A stretch of 64,000 nt of DNA from NCBI GenBank assembly GCA_030390025.1, contig CM059432.1, forward strand, positions 1,178,001 through 1,242,000, written 5' to 3'. The DNA is from Squalus acanthias. Its lineage: Eukaryota. The translations under genes and the position numbers were made by a program. The notes beneath the pieces were generated by a model that was not told where the DNA came from, did not search any database, and saw only the letters and a program-made list of their open reading frames with translations. Of this stretch, positions 55,066 to 64,000 are shown in pieces (within the stretch, counting starts at the first letter, position 1; every line of letters begins with the position of its first letter).

Positions 55066-56372
55066 ATTAGCATTTAAAAGAGACACTGGGATGGGGGTGG
55101 GGGGAGGAACCACCGAAACGTGGCAGTAAAAATGAGCTGATGAGAAGTACTGAGGGAGGGGGAAGTGAATAAAATGGAACGGGTAACCTGGTGAGTAGGA
55201 AAAGCAGCAGTAATAGAACCAATACAACCAATGAGTTGATGGTAAATATCTGTTTCTGACTAATCCTTTTAGTGTTTACTTGCATGTGATTGGAACCAGT
55301 GAAGGACAAGGCTAGAAAAGAATATGTGGAAGGGATTTTGAAAGTCACTCAATCTGAGGGGGTTAGCGTGGACACAGATAGACCTGATGACAAGGCAGTT
55401 GGAGAAGGTAAGCCTCACCTGTGCGATTGATTACCATTGGCTTAGTGATGGAATTGTCAAAAGCTCCCCTGGGGTTGGGATTTTTTTTAAATTCGTTCAT
55501 GAGATGTGGGCATCGCTCGCAAGGCCAGCATTTATTGCCCACCCCAAATTGCACTCGAAGTTGGTGGTGAGCCGGCTTCTTGAACCGCTGCAGTCTGTGT
55601 GGTGAAGATACTCTCGCAGTGCTGTTATTGTGCATTGTGTTGGGGGTCGGATGAAAATTTAGAGGTTATAAGTATTTAGATGTGTTGTCACGATGTGGAA
55701 TTATTTTTGGACACTAAGGGAATCCAAGGATAGTGCGGAAAAGTGAAGTTAAGATAGAAGATCAGCCATGATCTTATTGAATGGCGGAGCAGGCTCGAGG
55801 GTCCATATGCCCTACTCCTGCTATTTCTTATGTTTGTGTAATCAAAAATAAAGTACCTTTATGCTTGTGCGTGAACTTCGATTAATTCCAAAGCAAAACA
55901 ATGCGGATGCTGGAAATCTGAAATAAAAACAGAAAATGGTGGGAACACTCAGCCCGTCTGGAATTCCACAGATGCTGCCTGACCTGCTGAGTGCTTCCAC
56001 CATTAGAGTAATCGTTATTTAATGTCTCGATAAGAAAGATTTACATTTATACAGCGACCCTCACGACCTCCGCATGTCCCAAAGCGCTTTACAGCCAATG
56101 AAGTACTTTATGAAGTGTAGTCACTGTTTAATGTAGGAAACATGGCAGCCAATTTGGGCACAGCTAGCTCCCACAAACAGCCATATGATAATGACCAGAT
56201 CATTTTTTTTAGTGATGTTGGTTGAGGGATAAATATTGGCCAGGACACCAGGGATAACTCCCCTGCTCTTCAAAATAGTGGTCATGATGCGGAGATGCCG
56301 GTGTTGGACTGGGGTGGACAAAATTGAGAGGTCGCACAACACCAGGTTATAGTCCAACAGTTTTATTTGAAA

Positions 56373-56414
56373 TCACAAGCTTTCGGAGCTATCGATTGCT
56401 CCTTCCTCAGGTGA
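56373..56414 (-). ncRNA. Minimal type I hammerhead ribozyme motif (inverted copy)
   Basis: Exact reverse complement of 56936-56977. Confidence 0.8.
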
Positions 56415-56935
56415 AGTAAATTAGATACAGAATCGCCAAAGCATATATAGATAGAAAACAAAGCATGTGTACCTTACAATTGCAGACCACTAAATTAAAT
56501 CATCCTGACTATCTGCCGAGGTGTGATAAAGATAAAGCCAAGTTCCGCACTCATGAAGACGGTCTCAATCGGGATCTTGGGTTTATGTCACGATACATGA
56601 CGTGATCCGGACTCGAGTCGTCGTTAGCTTGTTCACAGATGTGATTCCCAGTAAAAAAGTAAAAATTTTCCCAGTAAAAAAGTAAAATTTTTAAAGCTTT
56701 TCGTTTTACATACAGACGGCAGCTTTTGACACGTTAGAACCCCTGCGACTACACCTCATTGTCTCAGTTGTATCTTGCTATGTCTTTGATGTGGTACCTT
56801 CCTGGCTGACTTAATTAACTTTATCACACCTCGGCAGATAGTCAGGATGATTTAATTTAGTGGTCTGCAATTGTAAGGTACACATGCTTTGTTTTCTATC
56901 TATATATGCTTTGGCGATTCTGTATCTAATTTACT

Positions 56936-56977
56936 TCACCTGAGGAAGGAGCAATCGATAGCTCCGAAAGCTTGTGA
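56936..56977 (+). ncRNA. Minimal type I hammerhead ribozyme motif
   Basis: tcac-CTGAGGA-A-GGAGC-aatcgata-GCTCC-GAAA-GC-TT-gtga: stem I, conserved core, 5-bp stem II, palindromic AGCT stem III; AATAAA at 56983. Confidence 0.8.
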
Positions 56978-57115
56978 TTTCAAATAAAACTGTTGGACTA
57001 TAACCTGGTGTTGTGCGACCTCTCAATTTTTTCTTCAAAATAGTGCCATGGGATCCTTTACGTCTACCGGAGAGAGCAGACGGGGCCTCGGTTTAACGCC
57101 TTGGCCGAAAGACAG

Positions 57116-57914
57116 CACCTCCAACACTGCAGCACTCTTTCAGTACTGCCCCTCCGACAGTGTAGTGCACCCTTAGTACTGTCCCTCCAACAGTGCGGCG
57201 CTCCCTCAGTACTGCTCCTCCGACAGTGCGGCGCTCCCTCAGTCCTGACCCTCCGACAGTGCGGCGCTCCCTCAGTACTGTCCCTCCGACAGTGCGGCGC
57301 TCCCTCAGTACTGCCCCTCCGACAGTGCAGCCCTCCCTCAGTACTGTCCCTCCGACAGTGCAGCGCTCCCTCAGTCCTGACCCTCCGACAGTGCGGCGCT
57401 CCCTCAGTACTGTCCCTCCGACAGTGCAGCCCTCCCTCAGTACTGTCCCTCCGACAGTGCAGCGCTCCCTCAGTCCTGACCCTCCGACAGTGCGGCGCTC
57501 CCTCAGTACCGTCCCTCCGACAGTGCGGCGCTCCCTCAGTACCGCCCCTCTGACAGTGCGGCGCTCCCTCAGTACTGCCCCCTCCGACAGTGCAGAGCTC
57601 CCTCAGTACTGCCCCTCCGACAGTGAGGCGCTCCCTCAGTACTGCCCCTCCGACAGTGAGGCACTCCCTCAGTACTGCCCCCTCCGACAGTGCGGCGCTC
57701 CCTCAGTACTGCCCCCTCCGACAGTGCGGCGCTCCCTCAGTACTGCCCCTCCGACAGTGCAGCACTCCCTCAGTACTGCCCCTCCGACAGTGCAGCTCTC
57801 CCTCAGTACTGCCCCACCGACAGTGCGGCGCTCCCTCAGTACTGCCCCTCCGACAGTGCGGCGCTCCCTCAGTACTGCCCCTCCGACAGTGAGGCGCTCC
57901 CTCAGTACTGCACT
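57116..57914. repeat. About 24 x 33-bp minisatellite (ctccgacagtgcggcgctccctcagtactgccc) derived from the DeuSINE core
   Basis: Head-to-tail units without spacers; produces the 11-aa periodic ORFs in the track. Confidence 0.93.
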
Positions 57915-58104
57915 GCGAGTGTCAGCCTAGATTTTTATGCTGAAGTCCCTCAGTGGGATAGCAGGTTCTCTCTCTTTAACAGTAGGAGTGCGGGAAAGTG
58001 TATAGGTTGGAATCCCAGTGCAATTCTTCCTGTAATACGCACACTGGGGGAAATGCGCCTTTTTAATAGAGAGCCTGGGTTCAGGGGTTCCCTCATAAAA
58101 TCAA

Positions 58105-58560
58105 CCCAGCTGGCGGCCAAGGGGAGGGGCGTGGTCTGAGTTGACGGGGGCGTGGTCTGAGTTGACTGACAGCAGGCGGCGTGCTTTGATTTGATTGGCA
58201 GGCGGTGAGGGGGCGTGGTTTGCGTTGATTGCCATGCTGGGTGGGCGCGGTGCGAGGTGATTGGCGGGCCGGCGTGCCCGCTGAGCTGGCGCTGACGCGG
58301 ACAATCGCCCTCTGTGCGGGGGGCGGGGTCGGGTCGGGGTCGCGCGGCGCCGGCCGTTTCATTTCAAAACGCGTTGCGCATCCGCGAGAGGCGACAGCGA
58401 CGGGAAGCCGGCCGGCCCAGGCGGAGAGAAGCGCGCAGTGTCAGAGTACCGAGAGAATCAGAGAGTCAGAACAAGGGAGACAGAGTCAGAGCATCAGCTG
58501 GGGGGTCACTGGAATCCACTTCTCCACACAGCCACCCACAGGTGTTTGCTGCTCTCATAG
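58105..58560 (+). promoter_or_regulatory. CpG-island promoter and probable non-coding first exon of the next gene
   Basis: Dense CpG; GGGGCGTGGT at 58126, 58147, 58210; GGGGCGGGG at 58320; ATTGG (reverse CCAAT) at 58194 and 58260; candidate donor ag|gtgaga at 58561. Strand is inferred. Confidence 0.7.
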
Positions 58561-58599
58561 GTGAGAGGAAACACCTGGAGATATGGTCAATGTAGTATC

Positions 58600-61500
58600 T
58601 GTGGGGGATATGGGGGTCTATATACAGTGTGGGGATATGGGGGTCTATATACAGTGTGGGGGATATGGGGGTTTATATACAGTGTGGGGGATATGGGGAT
58701 CTATATACAGTGGGGGGATATGGGGGTCTATATACAGTGTGGGGGATATGGGGGTTTATATACAGTGGGGGATATGGGGGTCTATATACAGTGTGGGGGA
58801 TATGGGGTCTATATACAGTGTGTGGGGGGATATGGGGGTCTATATACAGTGTGTGGGGGGATATGGGGGTCTATATACAGTGTGTGGGGGGATATGGGGG
58901 CCTATATACAGTGTGGGGGATATGGGGGTCTATATACAGTGTGTGGGGGGATATGGGGGTCTATATACAGTGTGGGGGATATGGGGGTCTATATACAGTG
59001 TGGGGATATGGGGGTCTATATACAGTGTGAGGGGGATATGGGGGTCTATATACAGTGTGGGGGATATGGGGGTCTATATACAGTGTGGGGGATATGGGGG
59101 TCTATATACAGTGTGGGGGATATGGGGGTCTATATACAGTGTGGGGGATATGGGGGTCTATATACAGTGTGTGGGGATATGGGGGTCTATATACAGTGTG
59201 GGGGGATATGGGGGTCTATATACAGTGTGGGGGGATATGGGGGTCTATATACAGTGTGTGGGGGATATGGGGGTCTATATACAGTGTGGGGGATATGGGG
59301 GTCTATATACAGTGTGTGGGGGATATGGGGGTCTATATACAGTGTGGGGGATATGGGGGTCTATATACAGTGTGGGGGATATGGGGGTCTATATACAGTA
59401 TGGGGATATGGGGGTCTATATACAGTGTGGGGGATATGGGGGTCTATATACAGTGTGTGGGTGATGGGGGTCTATATACAGTGTGGGGGGATATGGGGGT
59501 CTATATACAGTGTGGGGGATATGGGGGTCTATATACAGTGTGGGGGATATGGGGGTCTATATACAGTGTGGGGGATATGGGGGTCTATATACAGTGTGGG
59601 GGATATGGGGGTCTATATACAGTCTGGGGATATGGGGTCTATATACAGTGTGGGGGATATGGGGGTCTATATACAGTGTGAGGGGGATATGGGGTCTATA
59701 TACAGTGTGGGGATATGGGGGTCTATATACAGTGTGTGGGGGTCTATATACAGTGTGGGAGATATGGGGGTCTACATACAGTGTGTGGGGGATATGGGGG
59801 TCTATATACAGTGTGGGGGATATGGGGGTCTACATACAGTGTGGGGGATATGGGGGTCTATATACAGTGCGTGGGACATGGGTCTATATACAGTGTGGGG
59901 GATATGGGGGTCTACATACAGTGTGTGGGGGATATGGGGGTCTATATACAGTGTGGGGGATATGGGGTCTATATACAGTGCGTGGGACATGGGTCTATAT
60001 ACAGTGTGGGGATATGGGGGTCTATATACAGTGTGTGGGGGTCTATATACAGTGTGGGGGATATGGGGGTCTACATACAGTGTGTGGGGGATATGGGGGT
60101 CTACATACAGTGTGTGGGGGATATGGGGGTCTATATACAGTGTGTGGGGGATATGGGGGTCTATATACAGTGTGTGGGGGATATGGGGGTCTATATACAG
60201 TGTGTGGGGGATATGGGGGTCTATATACAGTGTGTGGGGGATATGGGGGTCTATATACAGTGTGTGGGGATATGGGGGTCTATATACCGTGTGGGGGATA
60301 TGGGGGTCTATATACAGTGTGGGGGATATGGGGGTCTATATACAGTGTGTGGGGGATATGGGGGTCTATATACAGTGTGTGGGGGATATGGGGGTCTATA
60401 TACAGTGTGGGGGGATATGGGGGTCTATATACAGTGTGGGGGGGATATGGGGGTCTATATACAGTGTGTGGGGGATATGGGGGTCTATATACAGTGTATG
60501 GGGGATATGGGGGTCTATATACAGTGTGGGGGATATGGGGGTCTATATACAGTGTGGGGGATATGGGGGTCTATATACAGTATGGGGATATGGGAGTCTA
60601 TATACAGTGTGGGGATATGGGGGTCTATATACAGTGGGGATATGGGGGTCTATATACAGTGTGGGGGATATGGGTCTATACACAGTCTGGGGGATATGGG
60701 GGTCTATATACAGTGCGGGATATGGGAGTCTATATACAGTGTGGGGATATGGGGGTCTATATACAGTGTGGGGATATGGGGGTCTATATACAGTGTGGGG
60801 GATATGGGGGTCTATATGCAGTAAGGGGATATGGGGGTCTATATACAGTGTGGGGGATATGGGGGTCTATATACAGTGTGGGGGATATGGGGGTCTATAT
60901 ACAGTGTGGGGGGATATGGGGGTCTATATACAGTGTGGGGGATATGGGGGTCTATATACAGTGTGGGGGATATGGGGGTCTATATACAGTGTGGGGGATA
61001 TGGGGGTCTATATACAGTGTGGGGGGATATGGGGGTCTATATACAGTGGGGGATATGGGGGTCTATATACAGTATGGGGATATGGGGGTCTATATACAGT
61101 GTGGGGGATATGGGGGTCTATATACAGTGTGGGGGATATGGGGGTCTATATACAGTGTGTGGGTGATGGGGGTCTATATACAGTGTGGGGGGATATGGGG
61201 GTCTATATACAGTGTGGGGGATATGGGGGTCTATATACAGTGTGGGGGATATGGGGGTCTATATACAGTGTGGGGGATATGGGGGTCTATATACAGTGTG
61301 GGGGATATGGGGGTCTACATACAGTGTGTGGGGGATATGGGGGTCTATATACAGTGTGGGGGATATGGGGGTCTACATACAGTGTGGGGGATATGGGGGT
61401 CTATATACAGTGCGTGGGACATGGGTCTATATACAGTGTGGGGGATATGGGGGTCTACATACAGTGTGTGGGGGATATGGGGGTCTATATACAGTGTGGG

Positions 61501-64000
61501 GGATATGGGGGTCTATATACAGTGTGTGGGGGATATGGGGGTCTATATACAGTGTGTGGGGGTTATGGGGGTCTATATACAGTGCGTGGGACATGGGTCT
61601 ATATACAGTGTGGGGATATGGGGGTCTACATACAGTGTGTGGGGGATATGGGGGTCTATATACAGTGTGGGGGGGATATGGGGGTCTATATACAGTGTGT
61701 GGGGGATATGGGGGTCTATATACAGTGTGTGGGGGATATGGGGGTCTATATACAGTGTGTGGGGATATGGGGGTCTATATACCGTGTGGGGGATATGGGG
61801 GTCTATATACAGTGTGGGGGATATGGGGTCTATATACAGTGTGTGGGGGATATGGGGGTCTATATACAGTGTGGGGGGGATATGGGGGTCTATATACAGT
61901 GTGGGGGATATGGGGGTCTATATACAGTGTGGGGGATATGGGGGTCTATATACAGTATGGGGATATGGGGGTCTATATACAGTGTGGGGGATATGGGTCT
62001 ATATACAGCCTGGGGGATATGGGGGTCTATATACAGTGCGTGGGACATGGGTCTATATACAGTCTGGGGGATATGGGGGTCCATATACAGTGCGGGATAT
62101 GGGAGTCTATATACAGTGTGGGGATATGGGGGTCTATATACAGTGTGGGGATATGGGGGTCTATATACAGTGTGAGGGATATGGGGGTCTATATACAGTA
62201 TGGGGATATGGGGGTCTATATACAGTGTGGGGGATATGGGGGTCTATATACAGTGTGGGGGATATGGGGGTCTATATACAGTGTGGGGGATATGGGGGTC
62301 TATATACAGTGTGGGGGATATGGGGGTCTATATACAGTGGGGGGATATGGGGGTCTATATACAGTGTGGGGGATATGGGGGTCTATATACAGTATGGGGA
62401 TATGGGGGTCTATATACAGTGTGCGGGATATGGGGGTCTATATACAGTGTGGGGGATATGGGGGTCTATATACAGTGTGTGGGGGATATGGGGGTCTATA
62501 TACAGTGTGGGGGGATATGGGGGTCTATATACAGTGTGGGGGATATGGGGGTCTATATACAGTGTGGGGGATATGGGGGTCTATATACAGTCTGGGGATA
62601 TGGGGGTCTATATACAGTGCGTGGGACATGGGTCTATATACAGTGTGGGGGATATGGGGGTCTATATACAGTGTGGGGGATATGGGGGTCTATATACAGT
62701 GTGGGGGATATGGGGGTCTATATACAGTGTGGGGGATATGGGGGTCTATATACAGTGTGAGGGGGATATGGGGGTCTATATACAGTGTGAGGGCGATATG
62801 CGGGTCTATATACAGTGTGGGGGATATGCGGGTCTATATACAGTGTGGGGGATATGGGGGTCTATATACAGTGTGGGGATATGGGGGGCTATATGCAGTG
62901 TGGGGATATGGGAGTATATACAGTGTGTGGGGGATATGCGGGTCTATATACAGTGTGGGGGATATGGGGGTCTATATGCAGTGTGGGGATATGGGAGTAT
63001 ATACAGTGTGTGGGGGATATGCGGGTCTATATACAGTGTGGGGATATGGGGGTCTATATACAGTGTGGGGGATATGGGGGTCTATATACAGTGTGGGGGA
63101 TATGGGGGTCTATATACAGTGTGGGGATATGCGGGTCTATATACAGTGTGGGGATATGGGGGTCTATATACAGTGTGGGGGATATGGGGGTCTATATACA
63201 GTGTGGGGGATATGCGGGTCTATATACAGTGTGGGGATATGGGGGGCTATATGCAGTGTGGGGATATGCGAGTATATACAGTGTGTGGGGGATATGCGGG
63301 TCTATATACAGTGTGGGGGATATGGGGGTCTATATACAGTGTGTGGGGATATGGGGGTCTATATACAGTGTGTGGGGGATATGGGGGTCTATATACAGTG
63401 TGTGGGGGATATGGGGGTCTATATACAGTGTGTGGGGATATGGGAGTCTATATACAGTGTGGGGGATATGGGGGTCTATATACAGTGTGAGGGGGATCTG
63501 GGGGTCTATATACAGTGTGAGGGGGATATGCGGGTCTATATACAGTGTGGGGGATATGGGGTTCTATATACAGTGTGGGGGATATGGGGGTCTATATACA
63601 GTGTGGGGATATGGGGGTCTATATACAGTGTGGGGGTTAGGGGGTCTATATACAGTGTGGGGGATATGGGGGTCTATATACAGTGTGGGGGATATGGGGG
63701 TCTATATACAGTGTGGGGATATGGGGGTCTATATACAGTGTGGGGGATATGGGGGTCTATATACAGTGTGGGGATATGGGGGTCTATATACAGTGTGGGG
63801 ATATGGGGGTCTATATACAGTGTGGGGGATATGGGGGTCTATATACAGTGTGGGGATATGGGGGTCTATATACAGTGTGGGGATATGGGGGTCTATATAC
63901 AGTGTGGGGGATATGGGGGTCTATATACAGTGTGGGGGATATGGGGGTCTATATACAGTGTGGGGATATGGGGGTCTATATACAGTGTGAGGGGGATATG
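58600..64000. repeat. G-rich minisatellite, consensus 28-bp gtgtgggggatatgggggtctatataca, more than 5.4 kb, runs off the window end
   Basis: Continuous tandem array with unit-length variants from G-run and GT slippage. Confidence 0.98.

Larger units (their letters stand above)
56281..57031 (+). mobile_element. Penelope-like element: 5'-truncated copy with upstream inverted pseudo-LTR and tail
   Basis: Perfect 212-bp IR 56320-56531 / 56819-57030; ORF end AKFRTHEDGLNRDLGFMSRYMT* at 56537-56605; TSD tcttcaaaatagtg at 56267-56280 and 57032-57045; 39-bp extension 56281-56319. Confidence 0.88.
56030..57960 (-). mobile_element. DeuSINE (SacSINE1-like), host of the Penelope insertion and of a 33-bp tandem expansion
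   Basis: 56030-56280 and 57032-57960 are colinear with 41550-42000. Confidence 0.82.

Noticed and set aside
56320..57030. DNA transposon (foldback/MITE) with 212-bp TIRs
   Set aside because: One-sided 39-bp tail, 14-bp TSD, hammerhead motifs and a Penelope-type ORF end fit a Penelope-like retroelement better
57116..57914. CRISPR-like array of 33-bp partly palindromic repeats, and mucin-like ORFs
   Set aside because: Units are head-to-tail with no unique spacers, derive from a SINE core, no cas genes, vertebrate context
58561..63990. Very long Gly/Tyr/Trp-rich ORFs (1204 aa, 1335 aa and others) resembling structural proteins
   Set aside because: The 28-bp unit lacks stop codons in all three + frames; unit-length variants shift frame freely and the same peptides occur in every frame, so there is no sign of coding constraint

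Overview
Eukaryotic (vertebrate) genomic DNA, most likely a shark or other cartilaginous fish, inferred from the HE1/V-SINE, SacSINE1-like DeuSINE and CR1 repeat complement. The + strand carries the last 11 coding exons of TTC39C (296-50698; all introns GT-AG, phases consistent) and a repeat-free 3' UTR of about 2.4 kb. Introns are packed with CR1 and L2 LINE fragments, tRNA-derived SINEs and non-autonomous DNA transposons (PIF/Harbinger-like with 3-bp TSDs; hAT-like). Three things stand out that the ORF track does not show. (1) A very young Penelope-like retroelement at 56281-57031 has a perfect 212-bp inverted repeat, a 14-bp TSD, a short GIY-YIG-type ORF end and two intact minimal hammerhead ribozymes; a second Penelope-like family with degenerate hammerheads lies at about 9.0, 31.5, 31.8 and 55.9 kb. 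(2) A heavily decayed antisense DIRS1-like tyrosine-recombinase retrotransposon (RT, RNase H, MT-like and YR motifs) lies at about 17.7-24.3 kb. (3) There are several template-switch or slippage structures. The window ends with a CpG-island promoter (about 58.1-58.56 kb) followed by a G-rich 28-bp minisatellite of more than 5.4 kb, whose long ORFs are artefacts. Family names rest on recalled motifs; no database search was run.
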